Shown: piece by piece, positions 37,671 through 46,766 of the stretch
Numbering within the stretch: the first letter of the stretch is position 1
Layout: each line of letters opens with the position of its first letter
Source: a virus
Lineage: Duplodnaviria > Caudoviricetes
Strand: one strand, 5' to 3'
DNA: 55,893 nucleotides
Virus record (IMG/VR): IMGVR_UViG_3300022562_000664
Location: 1-55,893 of that record
Made by a program: the position numbers and the translations under genes
Notes under the pieces: generated by a model
Told to the model about the DNA's origin: nothing
The model's input: the letters and a program-made list of their open reading frames with translations, nothing else
Databases searched by the model: none

Positions 37671-39062
37671 ATGGCAACAAAGCCTCGTCGGCGTGGCCGC
37701 CCGTCAAACCGAGAGCGTGAAGCAACAGTTGTCGGCTCGCAATTAATCTCCTGGCAACTACCAGGTGGCAATCGCGATAAATTTGAAATGGTTTCGCCTG
37801 ACGATCTTTTGACTCGTCGTGGCTGGAGCATTTACCGAGAGATGACCGCCGATGATCAAATTAAGGCGGCACTATGGTACAAAAAGACACTTATTTGCGC
37901 CAGACCATTTGATGTGAAGCCTGCTTCTGATTCCGCGGTTGATAAGGAAGCAGCAGAGTTCATCCAGAAGAATTTTGATGCAATAAATTTTAAGCGTGTC
38001 TTGTGGGAAGCCTTGTCAGCTTTTTCTTTTGGTTTTTGTGCAGGAGAGATTCTTTGGGAAATTAGTGGTACTCCACCTCAGCTTCACTTAAAGGCAATCA
38101 AGTTCCGTGATCCAGAGTGGATGTACATATATAGTGATAAGCATGGCAACATCACTGAGTTTGTTCAGAAACCACCGAACCCAATAGATTCCAAAGCAGA
38201 GATCAAGCTGCCGCCTGAGAAGGTGTTTCATTACGCCTACCAGAAAGAGTTTTCCAATCACTATGGAATCTCTGATTTGCGTGGTGCTTATCGCGCATGG
38301 TGGTCAAAGAAGTATGTGACGCAGTTCTGGAACGTTTTCCTTGAGCGTTTCGGCGCACCTCTCATGAAGATGACTTATCCTCATGGGAGTTCAGAGCAAC
38401 TGAAATCCACTCTTAAAAGCATCATGACCAATTTGTCCAGTAAAACGGACATTCTTGTTCCAGAGGGTGTGGTCATTGAGCTGATTGAGGCTACGCGCGC
38501 CGGCCAGGCGAAATATGAGGAAGCGTTAACCTACTATGATATTCGGATCGCTTCAGCTATACTCATCCCTGCCCTGCTGGGTATGGGCACAGACATCAAG
38601 AGAGGATCGGACAGCCAGTCTCGACTTCACCTAAGAACCTTGATGAAGTTGGTCCAGTATCTTGGGTGTGAGATTGCTGAAGAAATTCAAAATAAGCTGA
38701 TCAAGCCACTAGTTGATGCAAACTTTAATACAGAGGAATATCCAACATTCACCTTTCAAGACTACGGTGAGTTTGAAGCATTTGAGATCACAGATGCAAT
38801 TAAAGAGTTGTTCAATGCTGGCATCCTTGATATGGATCAAGAAGATGTCAACTATGCTCGTTCCGTCTTGGGGCTCAATATAAGGGACGAGGACCATGAG
38901 GATGAGATCAGGCGTCCAGACCCGTCTGCTCTACCTCAGATGCCAGGCGGCAACGCTCAAGCGGAAAGCGGCGGCGCGAAGCAGGGCAATAAACGTGCTG
39001 AAAAAGGAGCCAGCACACGTAAGACTGACCAATCGGGGCGCACCAGACCAAGTAGGAGATGA
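37671..39062 (+). CDS. Portal protein (DUF935 / Mu gp29-like)
   Basis: YGISDLRGAY...WNVFLERFGAP...IKPLVDANF. Confidence 0.88.
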   Translation: MATKPRRRGRPSNREREATVVGSQLISWQLPGGNRDKFEMVSPDDLLTRRGWSIYREMTADDQIKAALWYKKTLICARPFDVKPASDSAVDKEAAEFIQKNFDAINFKRVLWEALSAFSFGFCAGEILWEISGTPPQLHLKAIKFRDPEWMYIYSDKHGNITEFVQKPPNPIDSKAEIKLPPEKVFHYAYQKEFSNHYGISDLRGAYRAWWSKKYVTQFWNVFLERFGAPLMKMTYPHGSSEQLKSTLKSIMTNLSSKTDILVPEGVVIELIEATRAGQAKYEEALTYYDIRIASAILIPALLGMGTDIKRGSDSQSRLHLRTLMKLVQYLGCEIAEEIQNKLIKPLVDANFNTEEYPTFTFQDYGEFEAFEITDAIKELFNAGILDMDQEDVNYARSVLGLNIRDEDHEDEIRRPDPSALPQMPGGNAQAESGGAKQGNKRAEKGASTRKTDQSGRTRPSRR

Positions 39063-39065
39063 CCT

Positions 39066-39209
39066 GTGGCTGTACCAAAAGCAGGAGTGGCTAAAGCACA
39101 TGCCACCCGTCGAGTGCTGAAGAATGCTGCAACCAATTCCGCTGGTGGGTCCCAGAAGTATGCAACCAAGCGTACTTTGAAAGCTCGCCAGTCGGTGCGT
39201 GATACCTAA
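39066..39209 (+). CDS. 47-aa basic peptide (not in ORF track)
   Basis: AGGAG RBS, GTG start; MAVPKAGVAKAHATRRVLK... Confidence 0.55.
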   Translation: MAVPKAGVAKAHATRRVLKNAATNSAGGSQKYATKRTLKARQSVRDT

Positions 39210-39221
39210 TGGAGAGCTGCT

Positions 39222-39641
39222 ATGCCGTTTTCTGACCAACTTCGCCACTCCATCCTGAACCATGTTCTTGGTGGTTCGGGTAACGTCAACCAGACCACTC
39301 TGTGGATTGGGCTTTCGCGGGCTGATCCTGGCTTTGATGGGTCTACAAACTCTGAGCCATCCGGCAATGCGTACGCGCGTGTCGCAGTTGTGAACAGCAA
39401 CAACGTTTGGGCTCTTGCAGCCTCCGGTGTGAAACGGAACAATGCTGCGATCACATTCCCTGAAGCCACTGGCTCCTGGGGTCTTGTGACAGATGCAACG
39501 CTATGGACAAACGCAACCTCAACTGGCGCCAGCGTGTTTTGGGGCAATGCCCCACTCGGAACGAACAAGAGCATCATTTCTGGGGACACTCCCAACTTCC
39601 CAGCTAACTCGCTCTCGTTCACCGTCAACTCGTCAGCGTAA
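39222..39641 (+). CDS. Virion structural protein (fibre/decoration-associated family)
   Basis: LWIGLSRADPG..EPSGNAYARVAV..NNAAITFPEATGSWG pattern common in phage structural genes. Confidence 0.75.
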   Translation: MPFSDQLRHSILNHVLGGSGNVNQTTLWIGLSRADPGFDGSTNSEPSGNAYARVAVVNSNNVWALAASGVKRNNAAITFPEATGSWGLVTDATLWTNATSTGASVFWGNAPLGTNKSIISGDTPNFPANSLSFTVNSSA

Positions 39642-39687
39642 GGAGTGGCCCCGGCTTGACCGGGGTCATTTCTGAGGGAGCGGCAAA

Positions 39688-40047
39688 ATGCGTTTTCGCA
39701 TTTATTATGCCATCTTCGATGCTGGGGATGGCGAATATCACCGTTGGACATATGAAGGCCAAGGCTTTGATGATGCCTGTAAGGCTCCTACAGAGGGAGT
39801 TCAGGTTATTGTCCAAGAGAACCCAAACCAGCAAAAGTCTGCTATCCCTGGCTGCGATATAATCAGTCAGTTTGATTGGTATTGTTGGCGCGCCGATCAA
39901 GGTTGGATTGGCATGAATTCTGGGGGATATGAGACATATCTCCGTGAAAAGGGATTTCCAAAATATATCATCCACGGCTATAATATGCGGAATGATGCCT
40001 TCAATAAGTGCTTGACACAAGCATTGAAAGAGGGTCTTGGTGAGTGA
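39688..40047 (+). CDS. Hypothetical protein
   Basis: GGGAG RBS. Confidence 0.65.
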   Translation: MRFRIYYAIFDAGDGEYHRWTYEGQGFDDACKAPTEGVQVIVQENPNQQKSAIPGCDIISQFDWYCWRADQGWIGMNSGGYETYLREKGFPKYIIHGYNMRNDAFNKCLTQALKEGLGE

Positions 40048-42107
40048 AGGTCTATCGTGGCCTAAATCTTGAACAGCTTCTTGAGCTTTGGCGCAAGGAG
40101 GAACTGCGCCGTAAGGCTAATCAGCCTACAATCCTTTTCCATAATGCTTTTACTCCAGCAACTCAACATTATCGTATTTATGATGATGATGCTGGGGAGG
40201 CTTCTTCAACTCCCCACAATAGTGTAGCAGAAGATACTGCTCCATCTGTTGATGTAGATGGTGGAGACGTCAATTTACAAGTCCGCCTGATGGTCGAGGA
40301 AACGGGCGGCGATAGTAACCAAGGAAACAATGAGGCTCTCACTTGGGAATGGGAATTAAATAACTCTGGTACTTGGAACCAGATCACTTCGACAACTTCG
40401 GGTGATCCGGTTGATATGAATGGAGGCAGCTCTAACCTTACTGGTGGATCGGCAACTACAGACCGCGCAACGAATGGCTTAACCAATGGCAGCGGAACCT
40501 TTGTTGCTGGCGAGCAGCAGACAGCTAACAGTGTAACCAATACAACCGCTCTGACCGCTGGAAATTACACAGAACACGTTTGCGCGATAATTGTCAGAGC
40601 AGCCCAAGTCAACAATGCTGATTTTATTAGATTCCGCATTGTTTTTGCTGGTACTGCGGTTACAAACAATGTCAACCCACAAATTACAATTGCAAAGACT
40701 GGTGGTTCATTACCAATAGATGCTATTTCAGTCAACACAATATCTGCTTCTGCTCAAACATTGGTGGATAGAGCATTGAATGCGAACAGCGTCAACCTTT
40801 CCATCTCAACATCCTTTCTTGGGCTGAATCGCGATCTGAATGCTTCAGCAAATAATGTATCTACAGCAGCCACTCAGTTGGCTGTATCTCGGGCATTAAC
40901 TGCTGCTGCAATTAATGACATAATTGGAAATGCATTTCTTGGCAACACTAAGGTTCTTAGTGCGTCAGCAATCAACACTATATTAGCCAATGGTAATACA
41001 TCAGTTACACGCGGGCTAATAGCGTCAGCAATCAATGATGTTGTTGCTAACGCAGATACAAAAGTTGCCAGAGATATTAATGCTTCTGGAGTAAACACTT
41101 CGGTCAGCAACTCTGAATTGGCTAGAGTTAGAGCCATAGTTGCTGCAGCAGTTAACGACATTGTGTCTAGTGCCACCCTTGGCTCAACCCGAGCACTAGA
41201 TGGTTCTGCTACAAATACTATTGTATCAGCTGGATTTATTGGCAAAGCTATTCAATTAGCAGCTGCAGCAATCAACAATACAATAGCCAATGCTGATCTA
41301 GGCAGCCAGCGAGCTTTGAACGCCGCAGCAGTGAACGTTGTAACGGCGGCTTCCGCGCTCGGCGTATCACGTGCCCTATCAGCCTCAGCGATTAACATAA
41401 TCTCGGCGGCGGCTGAACTTGCCGCTGGTGGTATAAATCTTGTCGATTTAGACGCATCATCAGTCAACACTATATCTGCCCTAAGTGAGTTAGCCAATCT
41501 CCGTGGCTTCAATGCCACATCAGTCAATATAGTTGTGGCCATCGGCCAACTAGCTGCCTCCCGGTCACTTTCAGCATCTTCAGTTAATGCTGTATCCGCG
41601 CTAAGTGAGTTGGCCAATCTTCGTGGTCTGTTAGCTAGTACAACCAATCTATCAATTGCTAATGGTGAATTAGATATAATCTCATTGAATTTGGTAGATA
41701 TGGATGGAGCATCGGTCGTCAATGTGACCGGGGCTGCTGCCTTGGCTGTTATGCGATCTTTGAATGCTCTTAGTGTGAATACATCTTCTGCTGCAGCATT
41801 TCTAGCCTCATTGCGCGGATTAGATGGTGATGCCTTGAATACAGTTCAAGGTCAGGCTTTCTTGGCGCTTGTTAGAGATATGGCTGCTTCTTCTGTCAAC
41901 ACTATCTCTGCAGATAGTATCTTAGGCAGAGGGATGGTTCTTAATGCTCAGGCAGCCAATGTTGTTATATCAAATGCTCAATTAGAGTTAGTGTTGCCTG
42001 AACCAGTTACAGGCGTGTCTATGTCTATTTCTGATGGCCAATTGAATACACAGGTTTTGGCAGATGGAATTTTATATAGCCAATCAGTCTCAGATTATAT
42101 ACCGTAA
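40044..42107 (+). CDS. Ala/Ser/Asn-rich fibre-like protein with 20-aa repeats
   Basis: About 20 copies of R.L.A.(S/A)(V/I)N....A...L. Confidence 0.75.
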   Translation: MKVYRGLNLEQLLELWRKEELRRKANQPTILFHNAFTPATQHYRIYDDDAGEASSTPHNSVAEDTAPSVDVDGGDVNLQVRLMVEETGGDSNQGNNEALTWEWELNNSGTWNQITSTTSGDPVDMNGGSSNLTGGSATTDRATNGLTNGSGTFVAGEQQTANSVTNTTALTAGNYTEHVCAIIVRAAQVNNADFIRFRIVFAGTAVTNNVNPQITIAKTGGSLPIDAISVNTISASAQTLVDRALNANSVNLSISTSFLGLNRDLNASANNVSTAATQLAVSRALTAAAINDIIGNAFLGNTKVLSASAINTILANGNTSVTRGLIASAINDVVANADTKVARDINASGVNTSVSNSELARVRAIVAAAVNDIVSSATLGSTRALDGSATNTIVSAGFIGKAIQLAAAAINNTIANADLGSQRALNAAAVNVVTAASALGVSRALSASAINIISAAAELAAGGINLVDLDASSVNTISALSELANLRGFNATSVNIVVAIGQLAASRSLSASSVNAVSALSELANLRGLLASTTNLSIANGELDIISLNLVDMDGASVVNVTGAAALAVMRSLNALSVNTSSAAAFLASLRGLDGDALNTVQGQAFLALVRDMAASSVNTISADSILGRGMVLNAQAANVVISNAQLELVLPEPVTGVSMSISDGQLNTQVLADGILYSQSVSDYIP

Positions 42108-42121
42108 AGCTGGAGGTTGGA

Positions 42122-42409
42122 ATGCCACATCAACCAAATAGATATTATCCAAATAACATCGTTAGATTTGCTACCACCATAACGGCTAGTGGCAACAACC
42201 CAATTAATCCAACACCTTTTGCTGCAGTATTTCTTGATACAGTCAGCAGCATTGATACTAATAGTATTATTAACCCTTCATGCGGGTTCTTTTATTTTGA
42301 TTTTGAGGTTGAGACACCAGGAATTTTAGGATACCGTTGGACTATGGAAGGTAGCCATAAGGCGCAATCCTTCGGGGCAGTCCAAGTGAATACAGTTCCC
42401 TGGTCATGA
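42122..42409 (+). CDS. Small beta-rich (Ig-like) structural protein
   Basis: GGAGG RBS; G.FYFD...PG...YRW..EG pattern. Confidence 0.6.
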   Translation: MPHQPNRYYPNNIVRFATTITASGNNPINPTPFAAVFLDTVSSIDTNSIINPSCGFFYFDFEVETPGILGYRWTMEGSHKAQSFGAVQVNTVPWS

Positions 42410-43134
42410 AAATCCTTGTTAGTTGCTGCGACAATGGCAGTGGATTATTCATGTGTGAAGATGGAGAGTGGACCCATCTTGTAGACACTCACGCTCAATC
42501 TGTTCTTCGCACCCCACTTGGAATCATGTTGATGACAGAAGGGTGGATTTTACTTTATGATGAAGAAAGGTTGAAGAAAAAAGAATTAAGTGTCATTACA
42601 AGAACAAAGTTTGCTTTGAGAGGGCACCATGGTTCCGTATGGGATGATCAGACAGGTCTTGTGGCTACAGTCTCTTCTGACGAAAACACTATTTATTGGA
42701 CATGCCCAATCTCAGGTGAAAAGAAGCGAACACTTGAAGTCAATCGCCCAGGTTCGCATACCAATGACATTGACATTGATGGAAGCGAAATCTATGTGTC
42801 AAGTTTCCATCGCGGGATTACACGAGTAGATAGGGAAACTGGTTCTAGACAAGAGCTTTGGGTTGGAGAAGAAAAAGCACATTCCGTTAAAAAAGTCAAT
42901 GGTGAAGTCTGGTGGTGCGAATCAGATCAGCGACGAGTGAAAAGAAATGGTAAAATTGTTTCTGAGTTTCCAGGCTTTCCAAGAGGTTTGGAATGGTACA
43001 ATGGTGATTTAATTGTTGGCATTTCTCGCCATAAATATCGCGAAGAAGGACATGCTGGATTCTATTACAATGATTCATTTTACTCTGTTCCTAATGGCGT
43101 CACCAATGTTTATGATTTGTTGGTTTTAGAATGA
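42406..43134 (+). CDS. Beta-propeller protein (TIGR03032/DUF4915-like)
   Basis: HTNDI, AHSV, FPGFPRGL...LIVGIS. Confidence 0.6.
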   Translation: MKILVSCCDNGSGLFMCEDGEWTHLVDTHAQSVLRTPLGIMLMTEGWILLYDEERLKKKELSVITRTKFALRGHHGSVWDDQTGLVATVSSDENTIYWTCPISGEKKRTLEVNRPGSHTNDIDIDGSEIYVSSFHRGITRVDRETGSRQELWVGEEKAHSVKKVNGEVWWCESDQRRVKRNGKIVSEFPGFPRGLEWYNGDLIVGISRHKYREEGHAGFYYNDSFYSVPNGVTNVYDLLVLE

Positions 43135-43808
43135 AGTATCCGAGACTCATCCAAGAAATCCACCAGATTGAAGTCACCACTAGGTGTAATCTGCGTTGTA
43201 GATATTGTCCCCACCCAAAGATGCAGCGGCCAAAAGAGGATATGGAATTCAAAACATTCCTCAGAGCTATGCACTGGGTTGAATATTTCTATCAGCGCGG
43301 ACTACAAAGTGAACTTTCATTTACAGGGATTGGTGAAAGCACAATGCATCCCCAGTTTAAGGAGATGTTGCTTTTCGCCAGAGACCGTTGCCCGAATATG
43401 CCAATTTTGTTCAGCACCAATGGATTGCCAACCTTTGACGAGGACTTAGCAAAGCTGTGTTCAAAGATTGGCATTCAGGTGATGGTCTCACTTCATCGCC
43501 CAGAGATGGCAGGTAAGTGCATTGAGCTTTGCAAAAAGTATGGCATATTACGATATGTCAACAATGCTTTTGCCACTAGTGCTTTCAATTGGGCAGGGCA
43601 AGTAGAAGGTTGGTTTAACTCTGCTCCATCAACTCCATGTGCTTATTTAGCTCGTGGATGGGGAGTTGTTCTTCAAGATGGTCAAATTACTACTTGCTGT
43701 CTTGATTCTGAAAATTACGGGGTAGTGGGCACAGTTTGGGATGAGCCCGGTTCACTGTCAATTGCTCCGTATAAGTTATGCGAAAATTGTCACGAACAAG
43801 TTCCATAG
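43131..43808 (+). CDS. Radical SAM protein with SPASM/twitch-like C-terminus
   Basis: CNLRCRYC, GIGES, STNG, C...GQITTCC...LCENC. Confidence 0.92.
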   Translation: MKYPRLIQEIHQIEVTTRCNLRCRYCPHPKMQRPKEDMEFKTFLRAMHWVEYFYQRGLQSELSFTGIGESTMHPQFKEMLLFARDRCPNMPILFSTNGLPTFDEDLAKLCSKIGIQVMVSLHRPEMAGKCIELCKKYGILRYVNNAFATSAFNWAGQVEGWFNSAPSTPCAYLARGWGVVLQDGQITTCCLDSENYGVVGTVWDEPGSLSIAPYKLCENCHEQVP

Positions 43809-44083
43809 AATTTCACGATAAGGTTCATATCATAGTTATCGAAAAGCAAGCAATAAAGCTATATCCAAAACAGTATAAATTTTTCAAGCTACTTAGACAA
43901 AATTATCCACACCCTGTGTATTCTGATATGATTATTGAAAGGCTCAATATAAACCTTAACTTGTTGAAACAATATGTTTGGGATTTAAGACATATCAAAT
44001 TGCTTAATACAAAGATTGGTATTCGTACTCATAGAAGCTATGTTTGGGGTGCTTCATATTCTTTGTTTTTTGTAGATGACTGA
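43778..44083 (+). CDS. Winged-helix (OmpR/PhoB-type) DNA-binding protein
   Basis: KLYPKQYKFFKLL...LKQYVWDLR..KL...IRT...GASY. Confidence 0.55.
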   Translation: MRKLSRTSSIEFHDKVHIIVIEKQAIKLYPKQYKFFKLLRQNYPHPVYSDMIIERLNINLNLLKQYVWDLRHIKLLNTKIGIRTHRSYVWGASYSLFFVDD

Positions 44084-44130
44084 ATTTTTCCTGTTTACTT
44101 CATGAAAATCCCTCTATAGACTTCACCTTC

Positions 44131-45237
44131 ATGCCCAAGCAATTATCTAGCCTAGAAATCTTTGGTGCTGGAACTCACCGGGCTCAAACCGGAGCAGTAA
44201 CTGTCACTGAGGATGACCTGGATCAAATTGTCAACGCCTTCAATTCGCTGCAGGGCACAAACATCGTAAGACCCCACCTCAAGCTTGGCCACACGGATGC
44301 CCAGAAATGGTTCGGCCAGAAAGATGGCATCCCGTCTCTAGGATGGATTACACGAGTGTGGCGTGAGGGGCGTAAGCTCCTTGCGAATGTGTCCGATGTT
44401 CCTGACATGCTGATTGATTTGATCAAATCAGGTCGCTACCATAATGTGAGCGCAGAAGTCTTTTGGGACGCACCGATTGAACACGAAGGCCAAAAGTTCT
44501 CTCGGGTGTTGAGCGCGGTAGCACTCTTAGGGGTTGAGATGCCGGCGGTCAAAGACCTGTCTGGTTTAGCAAGCGCCCTATTCCAAGCCGAGCCAATCCA
44601 TCGGTTCTCCGATGGGTCCGCAATCACAATCACCACTGAGAGAGAAACACCCATGCCTGAGCAGAATGATCCTGCTGGCCCCAAGCTTGTTTATAGCGCG
44701 GAGCAGCATGATTCTCTCGTTGAAGTGGCAGTTGCGAAGGCTGTGAAGGAAGCTGAAGCGAAATTTGCTGAGGACAAAGCCGGGCTTGAGAAGAATCTTG
44801 AGGTGGCTGAGACCAGGGCAAAGACTGCTGAGGCAGAAATCACTAAGGTCCGAGCAGAGGCCACCCAGAGAGAAGCTATCGCCCTTGTTGACAAGGCGAT
44901 TCAGGACGGCAAGCTGCTTCCAAAGCAGCGTGACTTTGCTCTCGCGGCTCTCACCGCGAATGAGACCAAGGTCAAGTTTGGAGAGAAAGGCGAAGAGAAA
45001 TCTATGCCTGAGCTCTTCAAGGCATTCCTTGAAGCGTCTGGTAGAGTCGTGGACCTGTCTGAGAGTGGTTCCGGCTCCAACAAGATCGTCAACTTCAGCA
45101 CCGCTGCTGAGGAAGTGGACTACAAGACCAAGCAGTTCCAGGCCGAGAAGTCTGAGAAAGACTACGCAAAGGCCATGGATGCTGTTTTGTCTGCGGACCC
45201 TGCCCTCAAAAAGCGGTATGCTGAGTCCCAAATCTAG
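44131..45237 (+). CDS. Mu I-like capsid maturation protease with C-terminal scaffold (internal start likely at 44653)
   Basis: LKLGH, LGWI, YHNVSAE, AVALLG..PAVK; coiled-coil and GKLLPKQ scaffold region. Confidence 0.85.
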   Translation: MPKQLSSLEIFGAGTHRAQTGAVTVTEDDLDQIVNAFNSLQGTNIVRPHLKLGHTDAQKWFGQKDGIPSLGWITRVWREGRKLLANVSDVPDMLIDLIKSGRYHNVSAEVFWDAPIEHEGQKFSRVLSAVALLGVEMPAVKDLSGLASALFQAEPIHRFSDGSAITITTERETPMPEQNDPAGPKLVYSAEQHDSLVEVAVAKAVKEAEAKFAEDKAGLEKNLEVAETRAKTAEAEITKVRAEATQREAIALVDKAIQDGKLLPKQRDFALAALTANETKVKFGEKGEEKSMPELFKAFLEASGRVVDLSESGSGSNKIVNFSTAAEEVDYKTKQFQAEKSEKDYAKAMDAVLSADPALKKRYAESQI

Positions 45238-45246
45238 GGGGCGCCA

Positions 45247-45657
45247 ATGGCATACAACAATCAACAGCGTTCTCTAGCAATGGAGGCCGCTGCTGACCTT
45301 AGCTCCCATCAATTCAAGATCGTTGAGTTGACCACAACCGCGAATAACGTTCAGCTGGCTCAGCTGAATGCTGGGTTTGGTGTTCTTCAGAACATCCCCC
45401 AGTCCGGTGAGGCAGCGACGGTTGCGGTTGATGGCGAATCCAAGGTCATCGCCGGTGCCGCTCTCACGATTGGCCAGTACGTTACGGCCAAATCGGGTGG
45501 GTGGGCCATCCCTGTTAATTCCGGTGACGCTCCGCCGCTGAAGATTATGGGTCAAGTGATGCTTGGTGCTTCCTCTGGAGGCATCGGCACCATTACCATC
45601 CGTCATATGATGGTGCCCAACGTCATCAGTGGCGACATTGTCGCCGCATTGCCGTAA
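45247..45657 (+). CDS. Capsid cement/decoration protein (DUF2190-like)
   Basis: GVLQN.P..GE.ATV...G..KV.AG; lies between scaffold and MCP. Confidence 0.75.
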   Translation: MAYNNQQRSLAMEAAADLSSHQFKIVELTTTANNVQLAQLNAGFGVLQNIPQSGEAATVAVDGESKVIAGAALTIGQYVTAKSGGWAIPVNSGDAPPLKIMGQVMLGASSGGIGTITIRHMMVPNVISGDIVAALP

Positions 45658-45672
45658 GGAGGACTGTGAGCC

Positions 45673-46638
45673 ATGCCAGCCCCTTCGACTGGACGTGACC
45701 TTCACATCGATGTCCCCCTATCCAATGTGGTGGTGGGTCGTCGCCCTGAAGGGTTCATCGCAGACCAGCTGCTTCCGGTGACGAATGTCCCGAATCAGAC
45801 TGGTATTTACTACAAGTACAATCATCTTGAGTGGTTCCGAGACGTTCCTGAGGGCACGCTTCGGGCACCGATGACTGAAGCCAAGAAAGTTGCGATCACT
45901 GTCACTTCGGACACCTTCTATGCTCCCAACTATGCGCTGGGTGCAGAGTGGCCCGTTGAAGACGAGGTCAACGCTGATGCGGTTCTTCAGTGGTCCCGGT
46001 CTCAGGCACTCCATGTGACTGACCGGCTCATGATGGACTATGAGAAGCGTGTTGCTGACCTGTGTGTTGCTTCTGCGAATGTTGCCACTATCTTCTTGGC
46101 TTCTTCGGGATGGAACTCTCTGGCTCGCACCGCGTATACTGATTTGCTCACCTGGCGGGATGCATTCAAGGACATCACTGGTGTGATGCCGAATACCTTG
46201 ATCATCCCGCGTAAAGTCATGAGCAAACTCCGCGCTAACGATCAGATGCGCGACCTGTTGTATGGAGACCGCGGTGGTCTCGTCACTGCGCAGCAGGTTG
46301 GTAGTCTGATCGACATCCCAAATGTTCTGGTTCCAATGGCTCAGGTCAACACTGCTGTTGAGGCTGATCCGCAAGGTGGGACCTTTGCTGATGTTTGGGA
46401 TGGCAATGGCAACCTTTGGATGGCCCATATCAACAACATGTCAGGGATGTTCACGGACACGTGGCTTAATGCCTTCCGCTGGACTTCTCCGTTGCTCCAG
46501 GGCCTCCCGATGGCTGTCCAGCGGTATCCGTTTGACCCCAAGAAGAAGTCATATTCAATTGAGGTCGGGTACTACCAGGCAGAAAAGGTCATTTCGAGTG
46601 ACTTGGCCATCAGGGTGTCGTCTCTGACGGCCACCTGA
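45673..46638 (+). CDS. Major capsid protein
   Basis: HIDVPLSNV...FIADQLLP..; AGGAGG RBS; position in head module. Confidence 0.88.
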   Translation: MPAPSTGRDLHIDVPLSNVVVGRRPEGFIADQLLPVTNVPNQTGIYYKYNHLEWFRDVPEGTLRAPMTEAKKVAITVTSDTFYAPNYALGAEWPVEDEVNADAVLQWSRSQALHVTDRLMMDYEKRVADLCVASANVATIFLASSGWNSLARTAYTDLLTWRDAFKDITGVMPNTLIIPRKVMSKLRANDQMRDLLYGDRGGLVTAQQVGSLIDIPNVLVPMAQVNTAVEADPQGGTFADVWDGNGNLWMAHINNMSGMFTDTWLNAFRWTSPLLQGLPMAVQRYPFDPKKKSYSIEVGYYQAEKVISSDLAIRVSSLTAT

Positions 46639-46766
46639 TTATGGGTTAGTGACGAAGCGGGGCACACTATCTTCGTCATCTAATCCCATAGTGCGCACGT
46701 GGGTAGGGGGATGGTTGCTCGGTGCCCCGGTGCCATCCCCCGCACCACACAGCAAAGGGGCATATC

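Noticed and set aside
44578-46428. Long minus-strand ORFs (228, 143 and 236 aa) antisense to head genes
   Set aside because: They are shadows of strongly codon-biased + strand structural genes and show no motifs.
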